A program made the translations under genes and the position numbers. A model generated the notes under the pieces. It saw only the letters and a program-made list of their open reading frames with translations, was not told the DNA's origin and ran no database searches. Shown here in pieces: positions 9,491-19,168 of a DNA stretch of 64,000 nt. The stretch spans positions 1,664,001 to 1,728,000 of the forward strand of contig CAXXVS010000002.1 in assembly GCA_963674755.2 (NCBI GenBank). Reading direction: 5' to 3'. This stretch comes from Desulfobacterales bacterium. Its GTDB lineage: Bacteria; Desulfobacterota; Desulfobacteria; Desulfobacterales; UBA5852. How positions within the stretch are numbered: position 1 is the first letter of the stretch; every line of letters begins with the position of its first letter.

Positions 9491-10870
9491 ATGGATAAAA
9501 CCGATGTGTTGATTGTAGGCGGTTCCGCAGCCGGTCTCATGGCCGGCTTGACCGTCAAGCGGCGTCACCCGGGCAAAACCGTCACGATTGTTCGCAAGGC
9601 CAGCAAAACGCCGGTCCCCTGCGGCATTCCTTATATCTACGGCACATTGAAAGCGGTAGAGAAAAACCTTATCCCGGACGAAAATTTCATCAAACAGGGC
9701 ATCCGCATGCATACCCTGCCAGTGGAATCCATCGATCGGGGCAACAAGATCGCCGTCCTGGCCGACGGCACCCGTATTGCCTATGACAAACTGATCCTGG
9801 CCACCGGCTCCCGTCCGGCCATGCCGCCCATCCCCGGAATGCAAACCGGCAACGTGTTCGGCATCAAAAAAGAGCCGGAATATCTCGCTCAAATCCAGAA
9901 AACCCTCGGGTCGTCGCGTAAGGTGGTGGTCATCGGGGGCGGCTTCATCGGCGTGGAAATGGCCGAGCAGATCGCCAAGATGGCCCAGGCCGGGGCCAAC
10001 GGCGGGGCGGTGGACGTCAGCCTGATCGAGATGCTGCCCAACTGCCTGATGCTGGCCTGTGAGCAGGAATTCTGCAGCGATGCGGAGAAGGAACTCCGCC
10101 AGCTGGACGTCAAGGTCATGACCGAAGCCCAGGTAAAGTCCATCCAGGGTAATGGTACCGTCACCGGCGTCGAATTGGCCTCGGGGGAGACGATTCCAGC
10201 GGACGCGGTCGTGGTCGGTATCGGTGTTACCCCCAATATCGACCTGGCCCGGCAGATCGGCCTGGAAGCCGATCCGCGTATGGGCATCAAAGTGGATGCC
10301 TACATGCGCACCGAGGACCCGGATATCTTCGCGGCCGGCGACTGCGCCACCAAGTTTTCCTTCTTCGACGGCAACCCCAGCGGCATTCGCCTGGCATCGG
10401 TGGCCTGCAGCGAAGGCATGATCGCCGCCAGCAACCTCTATGAACCCCTTCGCAAGTGCATGGGCGCCGTAGGGGCTTTCGGCACCACGGTGGGCGCGAC
10501 CTCCATCGGTGCGGCGGGCCTGACCACCAAAGCCGCCGACGACGCCCACATCCCCTATGTGGTCGGCGAAGCCGTCTTTCCCAACCGCCATCCGGGTGCC
10601 CTGCCGGGTTGCATATCCGATATGAAGGCCAAATTGCTGTTCCACAGCGGCACCGGCCGCATCATTGGCGGGCATGTACGGGGGGGAGATTCAACCGCGG
10701 ACATGGTCAACATCGTTGCCGCAGCCATCCAGGGCGGCCTCACCGCCGAAGAACTGGCCACCATGCAGTATGCCACCCATCCTCTCCTGACCGCTTCGCC
10801 CCTGGGCTATCATGTGATGTTGGCTGCCGAGAACGCAACCGCCCATATGAACGCCAAACGGCCAGCCTGA
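9491..10870 (+). CDS. FAD-dependent pyridine nucleotide-disulfide oxidoreductase (CoA-disulfide reductase/NADH oxidase family)
   Basis: GGSAAG FAD motif, single redox Cys in VPCGIPY, GGGFIGVE NADH motif, IFAAGD, THP dimerisation motif; GGAGG RBS. Confidence 0.92.
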   Translation: MDKTDVLIVGGSAAGLMAGLTVKRRHPGKTVTIVRKASKTPVPCGIPYIYGTLKAVEKNLIPDENFIKQGIRMHTLPVESIDRGNKIAVLADGTRIAYDKLILATGSRPAMPPIPGMQTGNVFGIKKEPEYLAQIQKTLGSSRKVVVIGGGFIGVEMAEQIAKMAQAGANGGAVDVSLIEMLPNCLMLACEQEFCSDAEKELRQLDVKVMTEAQVKSIQGNGTVTGVELASGETIPADAVVVGIGVTPNIDLARQIGLEADPRMGIKVDAYMRTEDPDIFAAGDCATKFSFFDGNPSGIRLASVACSEGMIAASNLYEPLRKCMGAVGAFGTTVGATSIGAAGLTTKAADDAHIPYVVGEAVFPNRHPGALPGCISDMKAKLLFHSGTGRIIGGHVRGGDSTADMVNIVAAAIQGGLTAEELATMQYATHPLLTASPLGYHVMLAAENATAHMNAKRPA

Positions 10871-10889
10871 CATAATCTTCGCTAAACCA

Positions 10890-10919
10890 AAGGGGCGGTT
10901 CGCAAGCGAGCCGCCCCTT
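10890..10919 (+). terminator. Intrinsic terminator-like hairpin
   Basis: AAGGGGCGGTTCGC-AA-GCGAGCCGCCCCTT, 20 bp after the stop. Confidence 0.75.
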
Positions 10920-11260
10920 GTGTCTTCGGGCCCCAAAACGAGAGGTTTTTAACCCCCGTCGTATTTGGCCGGCCCTGTTGATTTCATTCCGCGTATGGTT
11001 TTTCAAAACACATGACAACAGCCGAGGTTGTTTTATGCGGTGTGGTGTATTCGGACATATAAACCAACTTCCATCCGTCATACTTCTTGAGAATGGCGTT
11101 ATTCCCATCGGTATTTCCCGTAAATTCAAAAAGCAAGGGCCGATCCGATGGCCGGGCCAGCGGTCTTCCGTACGCCTGGGGGCGGCCGGCGTTGCTCCGT
11201 GGACTTCCCCCCGCGCTTGTGCTATGCCCCCGTTATCACCACAACGGGAGACAATTCGAC

Positions 11261-12109
11261 ATGACGACGATCGCTTATTTCAACGGCCAATACCTTCCCA
11301 AAGACAAGATTGCGATTTCGCCGGACGACCGCGGCTTCCTGTTCGCCGACGGCCTCTATGAAGTCATCCGCTGCTACCACGGACGCCCCTTTGGGTTGGA
11401 AGCCCATCTCGAACGGCTGGCGCGCGGCGCCGCTTTTCTGCGCTTCCAAGCGGACGGATATGGCGACCTGGGCGAGGTTTGCCACCGGCTGCTGGCGGAC
11501 AACGGCCTGTCCGGGGCGGATGCCCTGATTTACATCCAGGTGACCCGGGGCGCCCCCTCCCCACGGTTGCATCATTTCCCGCCCGAGGACACGCCCCTCA
11601 CGGTCTATGCCGCGGCCCGGGCCTTTCAGCCGAATCCCCAAATCGCGCAACAGGGCCTGACGGTCATCATGGTGCCGGACCAGCGTTGGGCCCGCTGCGA
11701 TATCAAAACCGTGGGCCTGACCGCCAATATCCTGGCGGCCCAGCAGGCCCGGGAAAAGGGGGCTGACGAAGCCCTTTTCGTACGGGACGGCTGCATCATG
11801 GAAGCCTCCAAAAGCAGTTTCCTCACCGTCTGCCGGGGAACGGTCATCGGGCCGCCGCTGACCAACTACATCCTGGGCAGCGTCTCCCGCCAGGTGGTGG
11901 AAACCCTTTGCCGGGACAACGACATCCCTTTCTCGGCCGAGCCGATCTATCAGGAGCACCTCGCAAGCGCCGACGAACTGATGCTGGCCGGAACCACCCT
12001 TGAAGTGACCCCGGTGGTCGCGGTGGCCGGCCTTGAACGCACCTGGCCGGCCGGACCGGTCACCCGCCGGCTGCAGGAGGCATTCCGTCAAATGACCGAA
12101 AGCTTATAA
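11261..12109 (+). CDS. dat: Class IV PLP aminotransferase, D-amino acid transaminase-like
   Basis: DRGFLFADGLYEV, YIQVTRG, RWARCDIKT (catalytic Lys), ILGSVSR. Confidence 0.85.
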   Translation: MTTIAYFNGQYLPKDKIAISPDDRGFLFADGLYEVIRCYHGRPFGLEAHLERLARGAAFLRFQADGYGDLGEVCHRLLADNGLSGADALIYIQVTRGAPSPRLHHFPPEDTPLTVYAAARAFQPNPQIAQQGLTVIMVPDQRWARCDIKTVGLTANILAAQQAREKGADEALFVRDGCIMEASKSSFLTVCRGTVIGPPLTNYILGSVSRQVVETLCRDNDIPFSAEPIYQEHLASADELMLAGTTLEVTPVVAVAGLERTWPAGPVTRRLQEAFRQMTESL

Positions 12110-12245
12110 CCGCCAGGCCCCATCCCAATGAACTGCCCTGCCGCACAGCAGCGGGGTATCGATAAAGGCAACATAACGCCGCCAGCGATGGAGAAATAAC
12201 TCTCGTCCGCCTCAGGTGGCGTGAAAACGTAAGAAAGGGGTTCCC

Positions 12246-14042
12246 ATGCCATTCACGGACTTTCCCAACATGCACGCCATGCTCACGGCCACCGTCGAGC
12301 GCCACCGCAACCAACCGGCCTACCGCTGGTTCACGGCGCCGGGTCAAACCGCAGCGGTCACCTGGGGCGAATTTTACGACCAGGTCCGCCAGGTGGGGAA
12401 AAGTCTGATGGCACTCGGGGTGGCGCCCGGGGACAAGGTCAATATCGTCAGCTATTCCTGCTACCGCTGGGTCCTCAGCGACATGGGCATCACCAGCGTC
12501 GGGGCCGTTACGGTGGGCATCTACCAGTCGAACCTTCCGAAAGACTGCCAGTATATCATCGACCACTCCGACGCGGTGATCGTCTTCGCCCAGGACAACA
12601 CCCAATTGGACAAGCTCATGGCCATCCGGTCCCAGATACCGGACGTGCGCAAGGTCGTTCTCTTCGACGGGGAAGCGCCCGATGACGATTGGGTGATGGA
12701 CTATGACCGTTTCATGAAATTGGGCGAGACCGTCACGGACCAGGCGTTCGACCAGCGGGCCGTGCAACCCACGCCCCAGGATCCGGCCGGCATCGTCTAC
12801 ACCTCCGGCACCACCGGCGTTCCCAAGGGGGCCGTGCTCACCCACGACAACATCACCTTCACCGCCCAGTCCGTGGAGGGCAGCACCAGCATCGAAGACG
12901 GCGATGAGGTCTTTCTCTTTCTGCCCCTGGCCCATGTCTTCGCCCGCACCTGCGTCTACGCCACCTTGCTGGTGGGCTGCGCCACCACGTTTACCCGCAG
13001 CATGGAAACGGTGGTGGAAGACCTGCAGACCACCCGGCCCCATTGGTTTGCCAGCGTACCGCGCATCTACGAAAAGATTTACACCAAGGTCATCAGCGGT
13101 GCCGAAGCCAAGGGTGGCGCCGCCTTGAAAATTTTCCAGTGGGCCCGGGCCGTGGGCGAAGACGTCGGCGATCTTAAGCTGGCCAAACAGCCCATCCCTC
13201 TGGCCCTGAAATTGAAGTACGCCCTGGCCGACAAGCTGGTCTTCTCCAAAATCAGGGCCGCTTTGGGGGGGCGGGTGCGCTGGTGCATCAGCGGCGCAGC
13301 CCCCCTTAATGCCGACATCGGCCGCTTTTTCCACGCCGCCGGCATCCTGATCGTGGAGGGCATCGGCATGACCGAGGACACCTCCTTTAGCAACCTCAAC
13401 CGCTACGACAACTACCGCTTCGGCTGGGTCGGCCAGCCCGGCCCCGGGATCGAGCAAAAAATCGGGGCAGACGGCGAGGTCATGTTCCGGGGCCGCAACG
13501 TGATGAAGGAATACTATAAGATGCCGGAGGAGACGGCCGCCACGATCACGGAAGACGGCTGGCTGCTGTCCGGGGACATCGGCGAGATCGACGACGAGGG
13601 CTTCCTGCGCATCACCGGGCGCAAGAAAGAGCTGATCATCACGGCCGGCGGCAAAAATATCGCCCCGTCCGCCATCGAGGGCGCCATCGCCACCTCCAAG
13701 TACATCAACCAGGTATTCGTGATCGGCGACCGGCGCAAGTACCTTTCGGCCCTGGTGACCCTGGACGAGGAAAACGTGAAAGCCTGGGCGGACGCCGAAG
13801 GCATTGCCTACCGCGACATGGACGACCTGGTGGGCAACCATCAGGTCCAAAACCTGATCGAAGTCGAGGTGGCCGCCAAAAACGCCCAGTTCGCCAGTTT
13901 TGAAACCATCAAAAAGGTGACCCTGGTGCCCGAATTCACCATCGCCAACGGCCTCATCACCCCCACCCTTAAGGTGAAAAAAAATGTGGTGGCCGAGCGC
14001 TATACCGATGAAATCGAGCAGATGTACCCTGCTGATAGTTAA
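12246..14042 (+). CDS. Long-chain fatty acid-CoA ligase (AMP-forming)
   Basis: YTSGTTGVPKG, FLPLAHVF, EGIGMTE, GDIG..ITGRKKELIITAGGKNIAP, TPTLKVK. Confidence 0.93.
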   Translation: MPFTDFPNMHAMLTATVERHRNQPAYRWFTAPGQTAAVTWGEFYDQVRQVGKSLMALGVAPGDKVNIVSYSCYRWVLSDMGITSVGAVTVGIYQSNLPKDCQYIIDHSDAVIVFAQDNTQLDKLMAIRSQIPDVRKVVLFDGEAPDDDWVMDYDRFMKLGETVTDQAFDQRAVQPTPQDPAGIVYTSGTTGVPKGAVLTHDNITFTAQSVEGSTSIEDGDEVFLFLPLAHVFARTCVYATLLVGCATTFTRSMETVVEDLQTTRPHWFASVPRIYEKIYTKVISGAEAKGGAALKIFQWARAVGEDVGDLKLAKQPIPLALKLKYALADKLVFSKIRAALGGRVRWCISGAAPLNADIGRFFHAAGILIVEGIGMTEDTSFSNLNRYDNYRFGWVGQPGPGIEQKIGADGEVMFRGRNVMKEYYKMPEETAATITEDGWLLSGDIGEIDDEGFLRITGRKKELIITAGGKNIAPSAIEGAIATSKYINQVFVIGDRRKYLSALVTLDEENVKAWADAEGIAYRDMDDLVGNHQVQNLIEVEVAAKNAQFASFETIKKVTLVPEFTIANGLITPTLKVKKNVVAERYTDEIEQMYPADS

Positions 14043-14063
14043 CGCTTACGTCAACGTTACTTA

Positions 14064-14092
14064 TTGACAACCCTCCCCTTCCGGGCTAATCT
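14064..14092 (+). promoter_or_regulatory. Sigma70-type promoter for the DegV gene
   Basis: TTGACA-17 bp-TAATCT. Confidence 0.65.
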
Positions 14093-14166
14093 CCTGCCGT
14101 CTTATTGATATTACACTTTTATCCCGTCAAAGGACGGTCGAAAGTTCAGGATAGGGAGGACAGCAC

Positions 14167-15042
14167 ATGCCCCGGCAACGGATCGGTTTCATCTGCGACA
14201 GTACGGCGGACTTTCCCGCGGGCCTGGAAAAGGATCTCGAACTCCATATTCTTCCCGTGCACATCATGGTGGACGGCGAGGACCATCTGCACGGCCGGAC
14301 CATCAGCAACCGGGAAGTGGTCGCGGCCCTTAAACAGCACCAGGATGTCTACACCAAACCCTTCTACCCCCACGAGTGCGCCGACATCTTCGAAGAACTC
14401 CTGGAGCGCTACGACCAGGTGGTATCTTTTCACCTGTCCACCGAATTATCGGGCAACTACAACAGCGCCATGGCTGCCCTGAACCTGATGTTCGAGGACG
14501 AAGCCCGGCGCATCAAGGTCATGGACCTGCGCGGGGTGAGCATCAGCATGGGGCTGGTGGTCAAAAAAGCCGTGGAGCTGTTGCGCGCAGACGACAACCT
14601 GGACACCCTGGACACCCGTCTGCAGCCCTACCTGCATGAGGTCTTCATGGGGTTTACCGTGGAAGACCTGGACTGGCTGAAGAAGGGCGGGCGCGTAAGC
14701 GCTTTCGCGGCTTTCGTGGGCAGCATGCTGGACATCAAACCCATCATCCGGCTCGAAAACGCCCGCCTGATCCCCAAGGACCGCATGCGCGGCAAGAAAC
14801 CGGCCCTCAAGCGCCTGGTGGACATGGCCGAATCCCAATACCGGCACCTGGACGGCAACTGCGACATTTGGGTGGCCTACAATGACAACCTGGAAGAAGC
14901 CATGGTGACCCGTGAGCGGCTCGCCGAACGCGTCGCCCGGCAGGCCCGGGATATCTACCTGGCCGAAGTGGGCGCCACCATTTCCGTCCACACCGGCCCC
15001 GGTTCGGTATGCATCGCCATGACGCCCAGGGTCATGCAGTGA
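14167..15042 (+). CDS. DegV family fatty acid-binding protein
   Basis: CDSTAD, HLSTELSGNY, LKKGGRVS, LDIKPII, VHTGPG. Confidence 0.92.
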   Translation: MPRQRIGFICDSTADFPAGLEKDLELHILPVHIMVDGEDHLHGRTISNREVVAALKQHQDVYTKPFYPHECADIFEELLERYDQVVSFHLSTELSGNYNSAMAALNLMFEDEARRIKVMDLRGVSISMGLVVKKAVELLRADDNLDTLDTRLQPYLHEVFMGFTVEDLDWLKKGGRVSAFAAFVGSMLDIKPIIRLENARLIPKDRMRGKKPALKRLVDMAESQYRHLDGNCDIWVAYNDNLEEAMVTRERLAERVARQARDIYLAEVGATISVHTGPGSVCIAMTPRVMQ

Positions 15043-15071
15043 GGCTCCTCCCGCAAAGCGGGATGCCTCAC
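15039..15071. repeat. REP-like hairpin overlapping the DegV stop
   Basis: GTGAGGC..TCCCGC-AAA-GCGGGA.GCCTCAC; the core recurs inverted at 23865-23879. Confidence 0.5.
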
Positions 15072-15126
15072 GTAGCCCCCCTGAAGGGGACTTGAAAACA
15101 ATTTTTGAGATTTAGGTTTTGAATTT

Positions 15127-15301
15127 CCCTTTGTGCCGCGCCGAGCATCCTGCCTGCGGACGAAAAAGACGCGGTAACGGCTTGTCCGTCGTAGCCTTGG
15201 CGAAGGCGGGACGCGCAGGGTTAAGCGGGACACGGGCGTTTGAAGCCTGTCACGCCGAGGCGTGATTGCTTCCGTTTTCTTTCACGAGAAAGAAAATGAA
15301 G
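15127..15301 (+). repeat. Structured repeat family B, copy 1 (degenerate, with extra TCACGCCGAGGCGTGA hairpin)
   Basis: CCCTTTGT start, shared CGTAGCCTTGGCGAAGGCGGG core, terminal TTTTCTT/AAGAAAA hairpin; homologous to 18868-19058 and 24037-24234. Confidence 0.8.
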
Positions 15302-15413
15302 GAACCCATTGATGTAAAGGCACCCCGGATCGGTCGAACCTCTCCGGGGCCTCCACCAGAGGTGGAGGGCTTAGATCGAAACGAACGGATTTTTCCCTTT
15401 TATCTTTCTCCGC

Positions 15414-15450
15414 AAAAAAAGCGGTTGGACATTCCCGTCCAACCGCTTTT
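15414..15450. terminator. Bidirectional intrinsic terminator
   Basis: AAAAAAAGCGGTTGGAC-ATTCCC-GTCCAACCGCTTTT. Confidence 0.9.
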
Positions 15451-15471
15451 CATTCTTCAAGACGATGGCTG

Positions 15472-15606
15472 TCAGGCGCGGCAGCCGCAACGGCACTGGG
15501 CCACTTGCATGCGGCAGACCGATTCATGCTCCCGGCTCTGGACGCATTCGAGAAAGCTGGCGTTGCATTGCCGGTCGCAGTCGCTCTTGCGGGGTTTGCT
15601 TTCCAT
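15472..15606 (-). CDS. 44-aa Cys-rich small protein (7 Cys)
   Basis: RBS GAAGGGAG before ATG 15606; terminator about 20 bp after the stop; MESKPRKSDCDRQCNASFLECVQSREHESVCRMQVAQCRCGCRA. Confidence 0.7.
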   Translation of the reverse strand: MESKPRKSDCDRQCNASFLECVQSREHESVCRMQVAQCRCGCRA

Positions 15607-15820
15607 AAGAATTCGTCTCCCTTCATGATTCGGCGGAAATACACCGCCCGATCGCGTTTCCCGCCCAATCAGCATTAAGTTTACGCACACCAAGGGACCA
15701 TAAACATCCATCACGCCCTGCACAAGTTGGATGAGTTCAAGCCCTTTCAATCTCGGTCGCTATCACAACCTGCCAACGCATTAGTATGCGTATCGAATTG
15801 GAGAACACGCAACACCAGAA

Positions 15821-15943
15821 GACGGCTTCGTAAAACGTTCAAGATCAAGGCGCACAAGCGCCGAGGAGCGAGGCGTACATCAGTACGCCGCAACGACGAG
15901 AAGCGCAGGGCAACGCAGATATTGGGCGTTTTACGAAGCCGTC
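15821..15943 (-). repeat. Stop-codon-anchored hairpin element, family A, copy 1
   Basis: 17-bp perfect terminal IR GACGGCTTCGTAAAACG; ATCAAGGCG and CAACGCAGATAT motifs; overlaps the potC stop. Confidence 0.9.
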
Positions 15944-16796
15944 ACTCTTGTTTGCGGCTGAAGTATAGATTGATTACCGCCGCCAGCGACGTCCCCACGA
16001 TCAGCAGAAAGGAGATGGCGTTGATCACCGGGGTGCTGCCGTCGCGCACCTGGAGGTAGAGGTTGATGGGCAGGGTCGTTTCCGATCCGGTCAGAAACAG
16101 GGTGGTGTTGAAGTTTTCAAAGGACATCAGGAAGGCCACCGCGGCCGCGCCCACGATGGCCGGGCGCAGGAACTTCAGGGTGATGTGCCAGATGACCTCG
16201 AAGCGGTTGGCCCCCAGGTTCAGGGCGGCCTCCTCCAGGGTGCGGTCGAACTTGCGCAGCCGGGCCGAGACCACCAGGGTCACCAAGGTGGCGATAAAGG
16301 AAAACTGCCCCAGCACCACCAGCCAGAATCCGGGGCGGAAGAGGGGCACGTCGATGCCCCAGGTGTCCTCGAAATAGAGCCCCAGGGTATTGGAGAAGAG
16401 CAGGATGGAGATGCCCAGGATCACGCCCGGGATCACCAGGGGGGAGAGCATCAGAAAATAGAGGGCGCCCTTGAAGGGGAATTCTTCCTGCTCGAAGAGA
16501 AAGGACGCGCAGGTGCCCACCGTGACCGAGAGCAGGGTCACGAAAAAGGCCACCCGGGCGCTGACCCAGATGCTCTCCAGATTCATGCTGTCGTGAAAGA
16601 TGCCCACCCGGTTGGGCAAATCCCCCGTGAACCACTCCAGGGTAAACCCCTTCCAGGGCAGGGCCGGAAACTGGGAGTCGTTGAAGGCCAGCACGCAGGT
16701 CACCACCAGGGGGGCGAAAAGAAACGCGAAGTACAGCCCCATATAGAGCTTGTAGCTGTACAGATAACGCCGGCTGTTGGGAAGCGATCGGATCAT
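15942..16796 (-). CDS. potC: Spermidine/putrescine ABC transporter permease
   Basis: EAA motif LEEAALNLGA, hydrophobic segments; ATGA overlap with potB. Confidence 0.9.
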   Translation of the reverse strand: MIRSLPNSRRYLYSYKLYMGLYFAFLFAPLVVTCVLAFNDSQFPALPWKGFTLEWFTGDLPNRVGIFHDSMNLESIWVSARVAFFVTLLSVTVGTCASFLFEQEEFPFKGALYFLMLSPLVIPGVILGISILLFSNTLGLYFEDTWGIDVPLFRPGFWLVVLGQFSFIATLVTLVVSARLRKFDRTLEEAALNLGANRFEVIWHITLKFLRPAIVGAAAVAFLMSFENFNTTLFLTGSETTLPINLYLQVRDGSTPVINAISFLLIVGTSLAAVINLYFSRKQE

Positions 16797-17655
16797 TGCA
16801 CCACCCGACTCAGTTTCTGTCCGGAAAGTTTCAGCCCTACCCAGATGACCAGGGACGACAGGACCAGGAGCAGGAAGCCGAAGGCCGAGCCCTGGTTCCA
16901 GTTGAAGCTGGCGATGAACTGGTTGTAGATCTGCTCCGTGAACCACAGGGAGTTCTTGCCGCCCATGAGGTTCGGGGTAAGATAGTTGCCCAGGGTCAGC
17001 ATGAAGACCACGATGGAGCCGGACACGATCCCCGGCATGGCATGGGGAATCACGATGCGCAGAAAGATGGTGCCCATGTTGGCCCCCAGGTCGTAGGCCG
17101 CCTCGATCAGGCTGTCATCCAGGCTCTCCAGCACCGACACCAGGGGTACGGCCATGAAGAGCATGGAGGTGTAGACCAGGCCATGATCATGGTGGCGTCG
17201 TTGTAGAGCATCTCCACGGGGTGTTTGAGCAGTCCCAGCTGGACCAGGAAATGGTTGAGCACCCCGCTTTCCCGCAGCAGGATCATCCACCCGTAGACCC
17301 GTACCAATTCGCTCACCCAGAAGGGCATCAGCAGCAGCATCATGAGGAAGCCCTGAAAACGGGGGGCCACCACTTTGGTAATATAGAAGGCCACCGGCAT
17401 GGTCACGATGAAGGTCATCACGGTCACCAGGATGGAATAGACCGCCGTGCGCACAAAGGTCAGCCAGTAGATGGGCTCTTTAAAAAAATTCAGGTAGTTG
17501 CCGAAGCCCCAGGACTTGTGGCCGCTTATGTCTTCGGTGCGCAGGGACATGCCCAGCAGGTCGATGTGGGGCAGCACGATCAGCAGCACCAGCCAGAGCA
17601 GGACCGGCGTCAGGAAGCAAATCAGGGGCAGCGAGATCCGGAAGCGGCCTTTCAT
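16793..17655 (-). pseudogene. potB: Spermidine/putrescine ABC permease with a 1-bp frameshift (pseudogene or sequencing error)
   Basis: N-terminal half in ORF 17107..17655 and C-terminal half (GLVYTSMLF..LIEAAYDLGA) in ORF 16793..17290; adding one C at 17181 joins them. Confidence 0.88.
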
Positions 17656-18746
17656 GGGGCCTCCCCGGCGGCAAAACAGATCCCGGACTGGGGGTCCCAG
17701 CCCACTTCGATCCTGTCGTCCCGGCGGATATAGTCGAACTGCCGGTTCTGGGGCAGGGCGATGAGCAGCTCGGTGTCGCCGTTCACCGGATGGACCAGCA
17801 GGCGGCTGTTGGCCCCGTCGAAAAGCAGGGACTTCACGATCACCTCGAAGCGGTTGAGGTGGGCCGCGTCGGTTCCCGGCTGGATGATCATGGCTTCCGG
17901 GCGCAGAAAAAGTTCCACTTTAGCGCCCGTTTGCAGCGGTTCGGTGGCCCGGCTTTTGAAGATGCGGCCGGAAGCGGTTTCAATCTCCACCGTCCCCTCC
18001 TCCCAACGGCGCACCACGCCGTACCAGGCGTTGTTCTCCCCCACGAAGCGGGCCACAAAGGGCGTGCGCGGATGGCGGTAGAGATTCTGGGGGGTGTCCA
18101 CCTGCTCGAAGCGTCCCTTGTTCATGACGGCCACATGGTCGGACATGACCAGGGCTTCGGACTGGTCGTGGGTGATGTAGACGAAGGTCGTACCCACCTG
18201 GGCCTGGAGCTTTTTAAGCTCCACCTTCATCTGCTCCCGCAGTTTGAGATCCAGGGCGCCCAGGGGTTCGTCCAGCAGAAGCACGGCCGGCTCCAGCACC
18301 AGACAGCGGGCAATGGCCACCCGCTGTCGCTGCCCGCCGGAGAGCTGGTCCACGGCCTTGTCCTCGAAGCCCGGCAGATCCACCCGCTCCAGGATGCGGG
18401 TCACCTTGCGCTGGATATCGGCGCGCTTCTCCCGGCGGCGCTGGAGCCCGAAGGCGATGTTCTGGGCCACCGTCATCATGGGAAACAGGGCCAGGTGCTG
18501 GAAGATGAGGTTGACCGGACGCCGGTTGGGCGCCACTCCGGCCATGTCGGTCCCCCGGATCATAATGGCGCCCCGGGAGGGCTCGGTAAACCCGGCAATC
18601 ATCCGCAGCAGGGTCGTTTTGCCGCAGCCCGATGGTCCCAGAATGGAGAAAAACTGCCCCTGGAGCACCTCGAAACTCACGTCATCCACGGCCGTGAATT
18701 CCCCGAAGGTCTTGGTCACCTGTTGAACGGATAGATCGGTCTGCAT
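17652..18746 (-). CDS. potA: Spermidine/putrescine ABC transporter ATP-binding protein
   Basis: GPSGCGKTT, LSGGQRQR, LLLDEPLGALD, THDQSEA, C-terminal TOBE-like region. Confidence 0.93.
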   Translation of the reverse strand: MQTDLSVQQVTKTFGEFTAVDDVSFEVLQGQFFSILGPSGCGKTTLLRMIAGFTEPSRGAIMIRGTDMAGVAPNRRPVNLIFQHLALFPMMTVAQNIAFGLQRRREKRADIQRKVTRILERVDLPGFEDKAVDQLSGGQRQRVAIARCLVLEPAVLLLDEPLGALDLKLREQMKVELKKLQAQVGTTFVYITHDQSEALVMSDHVAVMNKGRFEQVDTPQNLYRHPRTPFVARFVGENNAWYGVVRRWEEGTVEIETASGRIFKSRATEPLQTGAKVELFLRPEAMIIQPGTDAAHLNRFEVIVKSLLFDGANSRLLVHPVNGDTELLIALPQNRQFDYIRRDDRIEVGWDPQSGICFAAGEAP

Positions 18747-18867
18747 AACATCTTTCAAAAAAGCGAAATGCCCTTCCGGGACAAAAAAGCATTTCCACAG
18801 AAATAAAAGCTTAGATAGATTCCAAGCGTAAGGGCAAAAATCGCAGTTTATGTTCTGGTTTACAGAT

Positions 18868-19058
18868 CCCTTTGTCCCGCGCCGAGCATCGGCGATGTGG
18901 CCGGATAAAAGCGCGCGGACCTGTTTGAGTCCCGCCGTAGCCTTGGCGAAGGCGGGGCGAGTTTCCGCGTGCTCCGGCCACAGCGACGACGCGCAGGATA
19001 GAGCGGGACACGGGCGTCTTCTTTTGGTTACTTTTCTTCCGCGCGGAAGAAAAGTAAC
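18868..19058 (+). repeat. Structured repeat family B, copy 2
   Basis: Nested stems TGTCCCGC/GCGGGACA and TGTGGCCGGA/TCCGGCCACA, shared core, terminal GTTACTTTTCTTCCG/CGGAAGAAAAGTAAC. Confidence 0.9.
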
Positions 19059-19168
19059 GGACTAAATAATGCAACCAGCTGCAACAATGAAACGTTATCA
19101 AAGCAGAGAGATGCGGGGACCGCTGCGAAACCAGGCCCCCGCATCCGTCATCTTCCATGATCACAGCC

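Noticed and set aside
12180..12225. Glycine riboswitch (GGAGA...CTCAGG)
   Set aside because: Lacks the CCGAAG core and supporting stems; the downstream gene is an acyl-CoA ligase
18811..19164. ORFs over family B elements (also 24031..24418 and 14955..15233)
   Set aside because: Translations of palindromic repeats, open on both strands without RBS
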